Assembly: GCA_049969855.1 (NCBI GenBank)
Contig: JBMFOB010000010.1
Location: 1 to 49,803 of the forward strand
DNA: 49,803 nucleotides
DNA from: Candidatus Bathyarchaeia archaeon
GTDB lineage: Archaea > Thermoproteota > Bathyarchaeia > Bathyarchaeales > Bathycorpusculaceae
Direction of reading: 5' to 3'
Positions 19,405 through 29,065 of this stretch are shown piece by piece. The notes under the pieces were generated by a model. The model did no database searches. It was not told the origin of the DNA and saw only the letters and a program-made list of their open reading frames with translations. Numbering within the stretch: the first letter of the stretch is position 1; each line of letters begins with the position of its first letter. Made by a program: the position numbers and the translations under genes.

Positions 19405-20526
19405 TTATTTTTCCACGAGTTTTTGCAGTTCCCGTAATATTCTTTCTTTCACTCCACTCTGCTTCATTTTCTCCTTTAAAATGGCAATGGTCTTCACTGG
19501 GGTGGGGTCTACTCTTCGCAGCAAAGCCAAATAAACGCTTGTGAAGTCTCCGGTGCATATTGTTGACAACATTTTTGCCAATTTACTTTTGCCCATGCTC
19601 CAAACTTCAAAAACTTTCACTTTTTCTTTAAGCATCAACTCTTTTGTAACTTCAATTCTTTGTCGAATTTCTTTTGGTTCTTCCATGTCTCGGATGAAAA
19701 TTGCCGAAAAATTTTTCGCCATTTTTTGTGCTTTTTCCCAACCTACAATTTCATTGTGGTTAAGCTCTGGCAAGAATTCCCATTTTGACGGAACCTTACT
19801 GTTTTCATTAAACTGCTGCTTAAAACGTTGAGCAACTGCTCGATAAAATCCAAATCCGTAAACTACTGGAACGGTTCCATTAATGTTTAAGGCTAAAGTC
19901 TTCGAAAGATTAGTGTTTGATGGTTTTTCAGGCGAATTTTCGCTACTAACCTTTCTTAAGGTTTTGACAGCCTCGGAAACTTCTATGTTGACATCTGAAA
20001 CCAAACCGATTTTTTCCAAAACCGTGAGTAATGGCATGAAAAGATATGGAAGGGCTGCACGTGGAGGTATCCCAGATGGAATGCGAACATATGGCACAGT
20101 CAATTTTTGAGCGAACTCTAAGAGTTTTCCTCCAGAGCTTATGCAAACAACCATGCAGCCTCGCTTAATTGCGTCAAGAAAAACGCTTAGAGTTTCCTCA
20201 GTTTCTCCAGAATAGCTCACAACAAAAATTAGCGTGTTTTTGTCTGCATAAGCTGGTAATGCGTATTCTCTTTCAACATTTATGGGAATAGGCGATTTAT
20301 CTCTAGCCCAATCTTTTAGGAGTTCTCCACCGATGGCTGAGCCTCCCATGCCAGCCACGATGATTTTCTGTGGTTTAGAATAACTGATTGAGAATTTTTT
20401 GGCAATTTTTGCTGCTGCTTCATAATGTTTTGGGGCGTTGACGCAGAAGGATAGCATATTGCTTTTGTCAATTTTTCTAATTCTGCTAGCGTCATCCAAG
20501 ATGTTTGTGTTTTGCAATTTTAACAC
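19405..20526 (-). CDS. Bifunctional phosphoglucose/phosphomannose isomerase
   Basis: GMGGSAIGG, SYSGETEET, PRAA, QFNENSK and PELNHNEI. Confidence 0.92.
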   Translation of the reverse strand: MLKLQNTNILDDASRIRKIDKSNMLSFCVNAPKHYEAAAKIAKKFSISYSKPQKIIVAGMGGSAIGGELLKDWARDKSPIPINVEREYALPAYADKNTLIFVVSYSGETEETLSVFLDAIKRGCMVVCISSGGKLLEFAQKLTVPYVRIPSGIPPRAALPYLFMPLLTVLEKIGLVSDVNIEVSEAVKTLRKVSSENSPEKPSNTNLSKTLALNINGTVPVVYGFGFYRAVAQRFKQQFNENSKVPSKWEFLPELNHNEIVGWEKAQKMAKNFSAIFIRDMEEPKEIRQRIEVTKELMLKEKVKVFEVWSMGKSKLAKMLSTICTGDFTSVYLALLRRVDPTPVKTIAILKEKMKQSGVKERILRELQKLVEK

Positions 20527-20630
20527 ACTAATTTATACTATGCTTTAGCTTTTAAGCAAAAGGCTTTTGGTTTGGCATTTTAAACTTTTATCTGCGAAAA
20601 GCATTTTGAAAAACAAAGGCGAAGATTAGC

Positions 20631-21485
20631 TTGCCAAAGAAAAAGATTTCCATAACCATACCCGCTTCTGTTGTTTCAGACACGCCACACTTGCGGGAGA
20701 AAACGACAAAGGTAGGTTTTATTGGGAGGGCAGCGGCAATTTTCAATGTTGACGAAATCATAATTTATCCCGACGATGCCAAAGTTAACCAAAAGAACGA
20801 GATTAGCTTAATTGTCACATTGCTTTCATATATGGAAACGCCGCAGTATCTCCGAAAAAGACTTTTCAAGCTTAAACCCGAACTGCATTATGCTGGTATA
20901 CTTCCGCCCCTTCGGACTCCCCATCATCCACTAAACCGCAGAATAAAAAATCTTAAGGTGGGCGAATATAGGGAAGGCGTAACATTATCTAAAACGCGAG
21001 ATGGCACATTAATAGACATTGGTGTGGAGCAGCCCGCATTAATAGCGAATAAGCAGTTGCCCATGCAAAAACGGGTTACCGTAAAAATTGTAAAGGTTGA
21101 AAAATGGGTTGAGGTGGAGCTGGCAAATCGCAGTGAAATACCAGAATATTGGGGCTACACTGTTACAGTAGAACCTAAATCCTTTGGCGCTCTTGTAAAA
21201 CGTGGAGGCTTTGACTTAACCATCGCTACATCCAAATATGGCGCTCCCTTAGTTGATGTTGCAGAAAAAATTTCCGAGAGATGGAAGAAAGCTGAAAAAA
21301 TTCTTTTAGCCTTTGGAGCGCCAACAAAAGGGCTGTACGAAATAGTCAAAAATGAAGGGCTCAATTTAAATGGTATAGTTGATTTTGTTGTCAACACGAT
21401 TCCAATGCAGGGAACGGAAACCGTTCGAACCGAGGAAGCGCTTATTGCTTCTTTGGCAGTTTTTAACATGCAATTTGGCTTTTAA
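20631..21485 (+). CDS. SPOUT RNA methyltransferase (DUF171 / SPOUT1-like)
   Basis: ETPQYLRK, GILPPLRTPHH, YWGY and QGTETVRTEEA. Confidence 0.88.
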   Translation: MPKKKISITIPASVVSDTPHLREKTTKVGFIGRAAAIFNVDEIIIYPDDAKVNQKNEISLIVTLLSYMETPQYLRKRLFKLKPELHYAGILPPLRTPHHPLNRRIKNLKVGEYREGVTLSKTRDGTLIDIGVEQPALIANKQLPMQKRVTVKIVKVEKWVEVELANRSEIPEYWGYTVTVEPKSFGALVKRGGFDLTIATSKYGAPLVDVAEKISERWKKAEKILLAFGAPTKGLYEIVKNEGLNLNGIVDFVVNTIPMQGTETVRTEEALIASLAVFNMQFGF

Positions 21486-21517
21486 TGTTTAAATGTTTGT
21501 TTGTCTATTGAGCTTGT

Positions 21518-22516
21518 ATGTATTTCGACTTTGCCATGCCATTAACGCTTTTCCTAGTAACCATAGTAGCAATGTTATTGAATGATAAGGTTGAGGCAAA
21601 ACTAAAAGGCGTTTTCGAGGAGAGAAAGTTTGGTTTTTGGGATGCCCTTTTGCTCGTTGGAGCAATCAGCGTGACAGTTTGGCTTATTGTGTTCATTCCG
21701 CAGATGGCTGTTATGATAATATTCCTTTTTGCCTATTCTACGCTTCTATTCACATTCACCTATGTCTTCTCAAACTTCCAAAAATCTATGGCTAAACTCT
21801 TCTGCATAGCATTCCTCATAACCACTTTTCTAATAGGCGTGGCTAGCCTTTTCATTCTCGTTGAAAACAGCACAGTTGTTTATGGAGCTTTAACATTTTT
21901 CGGACTTTTCAGTTTCACATTTCTCATATTGCTTTATGAAGAGAATAGAGTTAGCACACGAGAGAGATGGTATTTGGCTGTTTTGCCGCCAGCCTTATTC
22001 ATAAGCTTATATGCATTTTTCAGCAGAACCCAAATATGGTTTCCTTACTTGCTTGACTTGTATGGAATAGTCTTCGCGGTTCTGATAATTCTTTACTTGG
22101 GAAGCCTTTTCACATGGAAAACTTCCATATTTTTCGCTGGAATCCTCACAGCAATGGACATAATTCTTGTTTTGTTTAGCGGTGCAATGGTTTCTGCAGC
22201 AACCCATGTTTCAAGTTTAAGGCTTCCAGTTCTAATTTCTTTACCGACAGTTCCAGAAATTGCAACGGAATTTGGCAAAGTTTACATGTCCTTAGGTTTA
22301 GGCGACTTCTTCTTTGCTGGACTACTCGCTCTGCAAACTCTGAAAAAGTTTGGCAAAGAATTTGCAGTTTTATCCGCTATAGGAATGTCTGCATCATTTT
22401 TTATTTTCGAGGCTTTCTTACTAAATTATCGGCCTGGAGCTTTTCCAGGAACGTTAATGATTATTTGTGGATGGATACCTCTGGTGTTATGGAAAAACCT
22501 AAAACGTAAGCATTAA
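21518..22516 (+). CDS. Presenilin/signal-peptide-peptidase-like GxGD intramembrane aspartic protease
   Basis: Multi-TM; first Asp in AMDI, LGLGDF motif, and PGT in the PAL position. Confidence 0.7.
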   Translation: MYFDFAMPLTLFLVTIVAMLLNDKVEAKLKGVFEERKFGFWDALLLVGAISVTVWLIVFIPQMAVMIIFLFAYSTLLFTFTYVFSNFQKSMAKLFCIAFLITTFLIGVASLFILVENSTVVYGALTFFGLFSFTFLILLYEENRVSTRERWYLAVLPPALFISLYAFFSRTQIWFPYLLDLYGIVFAVLIILYLGSLFTWKTSIFFAGILTAMDIILVLFSGAMVSAATHVSSLRLPVLISLPTVPEIATEFGKVYMSLGLGDFFFAGLLALQTLKKFGKEFAVLSAIGMSASFFIFEAFLLNYRPGAFPGTLMIICGWIPLVLWKNLKRKH

Positions 22517-22535
22517 ACAAATGCGGAGTATGGTT

Positions 22536-22859
22536 CTAACCGAATAGTGCCCCTAAGCCTTCCAGCGCCGCTTCTTCTTTTGCCTTCTCTTCCTCTTCCT
22601 TCTTTTTCTTCTCTTCTTCCTTTGGCTTGGCTTCAGCTGCTGGCGCTGTCGCTGCTGGTGTAGCGGCTGGTGCAGCCATCATTGTTGGTGCGGTTTTGAT
22701 GGCTTCGTCTATGTTGACTTCGGCTAAGGAAGCCACTAAGGCTTTGACGCGGACTGCGTCAACGTTTATGCCTGCTGCTGTTAAAACTTGGGTTAGGTTT
22801 TCTTCGTTTATTTCTTTTCCAGCTTTGTGAAGGAGCATGGCGGCGTAAATGTATTCCAT
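22536..22859 (-). CDS. rpl12: 50S ribosomal protein P1 (L12)
   Basis: [11 protein letters not shown]...Ala-rich hinge...GLGALFG. Confidence 0.97.
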   Translation of the reverse strand: MEYIYAAMLLHKAGKEINEENLTQVLTAAGINVDAVRVKALVASLAEVNIDEAIKTAPTMMAAPAATPAATAPAAEAKPKEEEKKKKEEEEKAKEEAALEGLGALFG

Positions 22860-22886
22860 ACCTTTTCACCTCTTCATTCAAATATT

Positions 22887-23771
22887 TTAACCTTTTTCAC
22901 TTGGTGTGGCTTTTCCCTCTAAAGTAGGCAGTCTACTACTTAAGCTTAACATTTCCATGTGCGCTTTTCTAATCAAATCCGCTATCGTTTTCTTGGTTGG
23001 GATGGCGGCATTAATTGAAAGTGCATAAGCCTCTTGGTTAGCCAATTGTAAAAGGGCTACGGTGTTTTCTGGTGTTGGATAAGCTGCACTTAGCGAAAGA
23101 GCGAAAGCATCTGCATGGGCTTTTTGTATTGTTTGTTGAGTTTCCTTTATGTCTATTCTAAGCTGTTCCTGAGTTATTATTAAGCCTTCATCATAGATTA
23201 CTCTAATGGATAGTCCAGCTTCAACAGGTTTTATTCCAAGCTTTGACAAGACGCTTGCAAGCCTTTCATCAATTACATCGCCTTTTCTAGCAACCAAAGT
23301 GTCTTTGCTAACCCAGACGCTTCCAGCCTCAATCCTTGTTGGTAAACCCACAGCGTTAAGTTGACTAATTATTGGTCCTGAAGGTTGTCCAGTGTTTCCA
23401 GCTGGAACTATGATGTCGAAGGCTGCTATGTCGCCTGATTTTGCTGTTGTCCTAACTTTTCCTTTTTCAAGAATTAGAGCCAATTTGAATGGGTTTAAGT
23501 TTGTGAATAGGTAAACGTTTGAGCCTGTTAAATGGTCTGTGAGTTTTTCCAAGTTGGGTTTATCTTTGCAGTTTTCAATGGCTTTTCTGACGAGCGTGTT
23601 TTTTATAACTCTCATGTAAACTTTGTCTGCAAGGTTTTTTTTGAATTCTTGCAGTTGAGTTGCCCTCACCTTTTGCAGGCTGGCTATTCCTAACGCTTTG
23701 TATTTTTTTATTAGTTGAGCTATCTCTTCAACTTCGCTGATTTTTTCCTGCAAAATCTGTTGGGATGGCAT
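22887..23771 (-). CDS. rpl10: 50S ribosomal protein uL10 (P0)
   Basis: KNTL, NPFKL, PAGNTG and LGIKP; conserved operon position. Confidence 0.96.
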   Translation of the reverse strand: MPSQQILQEKISEVEEIAQLIKKYKALGIASLQKVRATQLQEFKKNLADKVYMRVIKNTLVRKAIENCKDKPNLEKLTDHLTGSNVYLFTNLNPFKLALILEKGKVRTTAKSGDIAAFDIIVPAGNTGQPSGPIISQLNAVGLPTRIEAGSVWVSKDTLVARKGDVIDERLASVLSKLGIKPVEAGLSIRVIYDEGLIITQEQLRIDIKETQQTIQKAHADAFALSLSAAYPTPENTVALLQLANQEAYALSINAAIPTKKTIADLIRKAHMEMLSLSSRLPTLEGKATPSEKG

Positions 23772-23786
23772 TGGTTTTCCTCTCTT

Positions 23787-24437
23787 TTATGGTTTAATTT
23801 TTACCGGCGTGCCCATTGATGTTTTTATGTAGGTAGACTTGATGTTTTTCATTCCTCTTTTAAGTTTTGCCTCCACAGTCCTTAAAACTGCCTGGATGTT
23901 TTCGGCTATTTCTTCTTCCTTCATGTTTTCCGTTCCAACACGACACTGTAAAATTGGTTGATTTCTCATTCTTAGAATGATTGTTTTTCGATGTTTCTCT
24001 ATTAAACTTGCTATGTCCACTGTTGGCGGGACTGGAATTGGCATTTTTCCCCTTGGACCTAAAACTGTGCCTAAAATTTTGCCAACTAATGGCATTAATG
24101 GGGCTTCAGCTATGAAGAAATCATAGTTGTTAGCAATTTTCCGCAGTTCCCGTTTGTTTCCAGCTAAGCCCTCAAGTTCAGCCCTTTCAATTACGAGATC
24201 TGCATTGGCTTTTCTAGCTTTGAGGGCTAATTCTCCAGAGGCTATAACGCATATTTTGTTTGTTTTTTCCGGCGAGTATGGTAATTCTATGATTTCTTGC
24301 AGTTTGCCTTCTGACGATTTCATGTCAATGTCTTTTAGGCTTAGAACCAGTTCTACTGATTGGTTAAAGTTTCTCTTTTTAGATTTTTCTTTTGCCTCTT
24401 TAACTGCATTAAGTATTGTTTTTTGGTCTAATGGCAT
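23787..24437 (-). CDS. rpl1: 50S ribosomal protein uL1
   Basis: KRNFNQSVEL, LGPRGKMP and KTSMG. Confidence 0.97.
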   Translation of the reverse strand: MPLDQKTILNAVKEAKEKSKKRNFNQSVELVLSLKDIDMKSSEGKLQEIIELPYSPEKTNKICVIASGELALKARKANADLVIERAELEGLAGNKRELRKIANNYDFFIAEAPLMPLVGKILGTVLGPRGKMPIPVPPTVDIASLIEKHRKTIILRMRNQPILQCRVGTENMKEEEIAENIQAVLRTVEAKLKRGMKNIKSTYIKTSMGTPVKIKP

Positions 24438-24473
24438 TTCGTTAGCCTCGTGCCAATGAGGGAATGGAACGGG

Positions 24474-24483
24474 ATTATAAAAA
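24474..24483 (-). promoter_or_regulatory. TATA-like box upstream of rpl1 (candidate internal promoter for rpl1-rpl10-rpl12)
   Basis: TTTTTATAAT on the minus strand in the rpl11-rpl1 spacer, about 40 nt before the rpl1 ATG. Confidence 0.4.
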
Positions 24484-24495
24484 TATTCTCATTCT

Positions 24496-24984
24496 TTATT
24501 CTTTACTGAATAATTCGTCATGTTTTCCTTCATCAATTTCTCTTTGAACTTCCCTCGGGTCTTTGCCTTCAACAGTGACTCCCATGCTGACACAGCTTCC
24601 CAAAACCTCTTTGGCGGCTGCCTTCAAGGTTTTTGCCAAAAGTTCTGGGCGTTTAATCTTTGCTATACGTATCACTTGTTCCATAGTTAAATTTCCAACT
24701 TTCTGTGTGCTGGGCGTTCCCGAACCCTTCTCTATTTTTAATTCGCTAACAATTAAGGCGGACATTGTCGGCGTTCCAACGCTTACTTCAAACTCTTTTG
24801 TTTCTGGGTCAACAGCAACCTTCACGGGAACCTTCATTCCAGCATAATCCTTTGTAAGCTCATTAATCTTGTTCACAATCATCATAACATTAACGCCCAA
24901 TGGTCCTAAAGCTGGACCTAAGGGTGGTCCAGCGGTTGCTTGCCCGCCGCTTACAAGCAGTTCCACAATTTTCTTTTCAACCAT
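24496..24984 (-). CDS. rpl11: 50S ribosomal protein uL11
   Basis: [16 protein letters not shown] and GSCVSMGV. The start is ATG 24984; the ORF-track extension overlaps spt5. Confidence 0.96.
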   Translation of the reverse strand: MVEKKIVELLVSGGQATAGPPLGPALGPLGVNVMMIVNKINELTKDYAGMKVPVKVAVDPETKEFEVSVGTPTMSALIVSELKIEKGSGTPSTQKVGNLTMEQVIRIAKIKRPELLAKTLKAAAKEVLGSCVSMGVTVEGKDPREVQREIDEGKHDELFSKE

Positions 24985-24985
24985 C

Positions 24986-25471
24986 TTATTTTTCGCCACC
25001 TTCGGTTTTTGTTTTTTCCACAAGCTTAACGTAATCAGAGTGAACTGTTATTGGCAATGTAAATGTTGCCTCCAAAAGTTCAAGGGTTACTTCTGCCTTA
25101 GTCTTGTCTATGCGTGTTATTTTTGCTCGCATTCCTTTGAAGGGTCCTCCTGTCACTTCCACTATGTCATTTTCGCTTAGTTCTTCAATTACTGGTTTTC
25201 TGACGATGTATCTTTCAATTTCTGAAAAACTTACAACTCCTGGAACTCTTGAGCGCACATGTCTTATTCCTGCTATGGCTTGTTCTACAAGGTGGGGTCC
25301 TTCTGCTTCAACGAAAACATATCCTCTCAAGGTTTCTGGGACGAGAATAGCCTTTATTGGTATTTTGTTCATTTCAATTCTTGCAGTAATTAATTTTGCC
25401 ACATTTCTTTCCTGTCCAGTTGTTGTTTTTACAGCAAAAATTTTTGTGGAAAACTCCTCATTCTTCGCCAT
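24986..25471 (-). CDS. spt5: Transcription elongation factor Spt5/NusG
   Basis: TTGQE, GYVFVEA and KOW motif GGPFKG. The start is ATG 25471. Confidence 0.95.
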   Translation of the reverse strand: MAKNEEFSTKIFAVKTTTGQERNVAKLITARIEMNKIPIKAILVPETLRGYVFVEAEGPHLVEQAIAGIRHVRSRVPGVVSFSEIERYIVRKPVIEELSENDIVEVTGGPFKGMRAKITRIDKTKAEVTLELLEATFTLPITVHSDYVKLVEKTKTEGGEK

Positions 25472-25482
25472 AGGTTTTCCTT

Positions 25483-25671
25483 CTACGTGGCTGTGGCGGT
25501 TCCGCCCGGTTGCAGAATTGACGATAATAGTTTGATGACGAATCCTATTATTCCAATGGCGCCTATGCCTAAGAAGCATATTTTCACTGATAGCCAAAGC
25601 TCGCTTTTTCCCGGTTTTACCGCCAACTTTAATGTTCTTGCTGCTTGGGATAGGAATGATCTTAAGCCCAT
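25483..25671 (-). CDS. secE: Protein translocase SecE/Sec61-gamma
   Basis: RTLKLAVKP plus a single TM (GIIGFVI); located just upstream of spt5. Confidence 0.92.
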   Translation of the reverse strand: MGLRSFLSQAARTLKLAVKPGKSELWLSVKICFLGIGAIGIIGFVIKLLSSILQPGGTATAT

Positions 25672-25801
25672 TTTTATCGCACACTCAACATTTTGACTTT
25701 AACATAATAAATGTTGCTGTAGCCTTTTGGCTTTGATACATTAGTTAATCATTTCTATTAACTTTTCTCTTCAAAGCAAGCAAAATCATTAATCTTTTAC
25801 G

Positions 25802-26629
25802 CTAAACTTTTTTGATTGGAAGACCTATCTCTTGGAGCATTCCAACAAGTTTGGCTTTGTGCTCGCCTTTTATTCCCTTCCAATCTAAAATTGCACATTC
25901 AACTTTCTCCAAAGTTTTTTCCATACATTGCCTTAGAATTTTCGTCTCCGCGTATGGAATGGCATATTTTGGAATCATGTGACCAAAAGCTGTTTCGCTT
26001 TCTAATGCTATTTTTGTGAATTTTGAGTTATAGTGGGGTCCACCTATGCCCAGCACAGCTTTAGCCTCAACCTTTCCGAAGGTGGAGACCGCTTTCATTG
26101 CTGCATGAGCCACAGCTTCTGCTGCCTTCAAATCGTCCCATTGTTTTGGCGAACTTCCCAATTCAACAAATATGGCTGGCACGTTTAATGATGGTCCATG
26201 GTGGGTGCATTCATAACAGACTTCATAATCCAAACGCATCTCATCCCTAAACTGTTTCAAAGCTTTTAGGGCTTGTCTCATGGCGTTGGCTGGAGAAACA
26301 GAAACACTTCTTGGAAGTCCGCCCAATTCTGCTTCGCCCAAATTGCCTGGAGTGTGCACTGAAAGTGTTGGGGTGCCGCTTTCGCTGCTATGCCTCGAAA
26401 TGAAAAGGATGAGTTCTAAATTCTGAAAGTAATCGGTTATGTTTTGTGCATATACTGATTCTTCGTTTAATGTTATGAGTTTAACTTCTCTGTCACCAAT
26501 TTCGGCTGTGTAAATTGGGTTTTCCTGAAAATTTTCAGCTGCCTCTTTAAAATTGTAGTGGTTTAGAATTTGCTTTTTAATGTTTAAGCTTGCCACGTCC
26601 TTGTTTGAGGCGACTATTAGAATTGTCAT
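25802..26629 (-). CDS. dtdA: D-aminoacyl-tRNA deacylase (archaeal DTD2 type)
   Basis: SRHSS, LSVHTPGN, ECTHHGP, FVELGS and GGPHY. Confidence 0.92.
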   Translation of the reverse strand: MTILIVASNKDVASLNIKKQILNHYNFKEAAENFQENPIYTAEIGDREVKLITLNEESVYAQNITDYFQNLELILFISRHSSESGTPTLSVHTPGNLGEAELGGLPRSVSVSPANAMRQALKALKQFRDEMRLDYEVCYECTHHGPSLNVPAIFVELGSSPKQWDDLKAAEAVAHAAMKAVSTFGKVEAKAVLGIGGPHYNSKFTKIALESETAFGHMIPKYAIPYAETKILRQCMEKTLEKVECAILDWKGIKGEHKAKLVGMLQEIGLPIKKV

Positions 26630-26733
26630 TATGTTTCTATTGTTTCAAATGGTGAATGTTAAGAAAAAGGTTTCCATAAAGCTTATAATGGTTGAAGTCA
26701 GTTGAAGCCTTAAAAGTTTAGCGAGGGTTTAGA

Positions 26734-27648
26734 ATGCACCTAATTAATTTTAAAGAATTGTCTGGTCAACAATTAACAGCGATAATTGACAAGGCTGTTG
26801 AAGTTAAGCGTAATCCTGAAGGTTACAAAAATGCTCTAAACGGCAAATCCTTAGCCATGATTTTCCAAAAAACTTCAACGAGAACACGAGTTTCCTTTGA
26901 GGTTGCCATGACTCAACTTGGTGGACATGCGCTTTTCATTGATTGGAGAACAACTAATTTCACTCTGGCAGATGTTTATGACGAAACTCAGTATTTATCC
27001 CGTAATGTTGACTGCATAATGGCTAGATTACTGCGAAACGCTGATTTGCAGGTTATGGCTAAGGCTTCACGTGTTCCCGTAATCAATGGATGCGATGAGA
27101 AGTATCATCCAACTCAAGCCATAGCCGACTTAATGACTGTGAAAGAGAAGAAGGGCAAATTGAAAGGCGTTAAACTCGTTTACATAGGCACCCACAACAA
27201 CGTTTGCAATTCGCTCATTGAGGGATGCACAAAAACCGGCGTTAAAATCATCACTGTAACGCCCATATTTAACGAGCCTTCTAGGGATGATGAGCTTTTG
27301 GAGAATGCTAAGAAAACTGGGCTGTGGGAAACAACCTTAGACGTTAAAAAAGCCGTGCGGGATGCAGATTTTGTTTACACTGACACGTGGGTTGATATGG
27401 AATTCTTCCTTGACCCAAAATATGCTGCGGAAAAGGAGAAGCGCATCAAAACTATGATGCCATACCAAATAAACATGGAACTTTTGAAAGGAACAACCGC
27501 TTACGTGATGCATGACATGCCAATCCACAGAGGATATGAAATAAGCCCAGATGTTATAGAAAGTCCAAAATCAATAATTTATGAACAAAGCGAAAATAGG
27601 CTGTACTCGGCAAAGGCGATACTGCTAAAACTATTAGGAAAATACTAA
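26734..27648 (+). CDS. argF: Ornithine carbamoyltransferase-like transcarbamylase with variant acceptor-site motifs
   Basis: FQKTSTRT, HPTQ and QSENR are present. It has DTWVDME and HDMP instead of DxWxSMG and HCLP. Confidence 0.75.
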   Translation: MHLINFKELSGQQLTAIIDKAVEVKRNPEGYKNALNGKSLAMIFQKTSTRTRVSFEVAMTQLGGHALFIDWRTTNFTLADVYDETQYLSRNVDCIMARLLRNADLQVMAKASRVPVINGCDEKYHPTQAIADLMTVKEKKGKLKGVKLVYIGTHNNVCNSLIEGCTKTGVKIITVTPIFNEPSRDDELLENAKKTGLWETTLDVKKAVRDADFVYTDTWVDMEFFLDPKYAAEKEKRIKTMMPYQINMELLKGTTAYVMHDMPIHRGYEISPDVIESPKSIIYEQSENRLYSAKAILLKLLGKY

Positions 27649-27688
27649 AACGCTAATGTTAAACCATCATTGAGCTGAGTCATAGTAA

Positions 27689-28159
27689 ATGTTAAGGAAA
27701 AACGAATGGAATTTGGTTGCTCCTTGCGGGCTTTATTGTGGAGAATGCACAGCTTATCTAAACAAAAAATGTGGAGGCTGCAGGTCTAAAAATGGCTTAA
27801 GCAAAAAGTACCAAAAATATTGTAAGATATACGCATGTTCAAACGCTAAAAAGCTTAAAACTTGTATTGAATGCGGAGAATTTCCATGCAAATTCTTCCA
27901 GTTTTTCAAAGCTGAAACATTAGAGTCGAGTTCTTGGTTTTTGGATGTTTGGTGTAACATGAAGCAAATCCGAGAGATCAGTCTGAAAGAATTTTTGAAA
28001 AGAAAAGAGAAATGGCTGAGAAAAAGGGAAAAGTGCGCTGAAAGGAAGGGGATTAAGTACTGCGATGAGTGTAAGGAGTGGCCTTGTGAACTTCTGAAAA
28101 GGGAAGTTCTTGTGCCCATGGATTTGGAGAAATTTAAGGGTTTTATGGAGAAAATATAG
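27689..28159 (+). CDS. DUF3795-like Cys-rich protein
   Basis: APCGLYCGEC, CGGC, CKIYAC, CIECGEFPC, plus a second C..C..WPC unit. Confidence 0.75.
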   Translation: MLRKNEWNLVAPCGLYCGECTAYLNKKCGGCRSKNGLSKKYQKYCKIYACSNAKKLKTCIECGEFPCKFFQFFKAETLESSSWFLDVWCNMKQIREISLKEFLKRKEKWLRKREKCAERKGIKYCDECKEWPCELLKREVLVPMDLEKFKGFMEKI

Positions 28160-29065
28160 TTACTTCATTATCATTTGAACAAATTTTTCTGGGTCGAACT
28201 CTTCTAAATCATCATATTTTTGTCCAGTTCCAATGAATAATATGGGCTTTTTTGTTATGTAGGTTACGCTTAGGGCTGAGCCTCCTTTGATGTCTGCGTC
28301 AACTTTTGTTAGTATTGTTGCATCTATGCCGACGCTTTTGTGAAATTCCTCTGCCTGCATTACCGCGTCGTTGCCAGTTAGCGAATCCACTGTTAGGATT
28401 GTTAGGTCTGGGTTTGCGATGCGTTTAATTTTGGCAAGTTCGTCCATTAGATTTCTGTTTGTTTGCATTCTTCCAGCGGTATCTATCAAAACCACGTTTA
28501 TTCCGTGGGCTTTTGCGTGGTTTATGGTGTCATAGGCAACTGCTGCTGGGTCTGAACCATACTTGTGCTTAATCATTCGCATTTCCAAGCGTTTTGCGTG
28601 TTCCTCCAACTGTTCTATTGAGCCTGCCCTGTAAGTGTCGCTGCAGGCGAGGACAACTGAATAGCCTTTCTTGGTGAAGAATTTGGCAACTTTGGCTATT
28701 GTTGTTGTTTTTCCAGTGCCGTTTATTCCAACGAAAACTATTACGAAGGGTTCGCCTTTCTTGCGTTTTTCTTCAACAGCCTTCAACAAATCTATTTTGT
28801 TGTTTGTCAGCATTGTTTCCAAAAGAACTTCTCTAAGGTTTTGTTCCACTATTTTTTTGCGGTCCTCCAGCCTTTTTACTTGAACGCCGTCTAAGCGTTT
28901 TTCCATTTCACTGCATATTCTTTCAGCCACAGGGAAGGCAACATCATTTTCCACGAGGCTTATTTTGAATTCCGAAAGCAGTGGACGTAGGTTTTCAGCC
29001 TTAAGCTCTGTTGTTGTAACCTTGTTTACGAGTCCTTTTAGTCCTGACTTAAGTTTTTCAAACAT
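28160..29065 (-). CDS. ftsY: SRP receptor FtsY
   Basis: GINGTGKTTT, DTYRAG, DTAGR and TKVDAD..GG. Confidence 0.96.
   Translation of the reverse strand: MFEKLKSGLKGLVNKVTTTELKAENLRPLLSEFKISLVENDVAFPVAERICSEMEKRLDGVQVKRLEDRKKIVEQNLREVLLETMLTNNKIDLLKAVEEKRKKGEPFVIVFVGINGTGKTTTIAKVAKFFTKKGYSVVLACSDTYRAGSIEQLEEHAKRLEMRMIKHKYGSDPAAVAYDTINHAKAHGINVVLIDTAGRMQTNRNLMDELAKIKRIANPDLTILTVDSLTGNDAVMQAEEFHKSVGIDATILTKVDADIKGGSALSVTYITKKPILFIGTGQKYDDLEEFDPEKFVQMIMK

Noticed and set aside
22570-22700. Repeat-like TTC/GCT tract
   Set aside because: It is the normal Ala-rich hinge and acidic tail of P1/L12.
25472-25684. 70-aa N-terminal extension of Spt5 in the ORF track
   Set aside because: It overlaps secE in another frame. 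The true start is ATG 25471.
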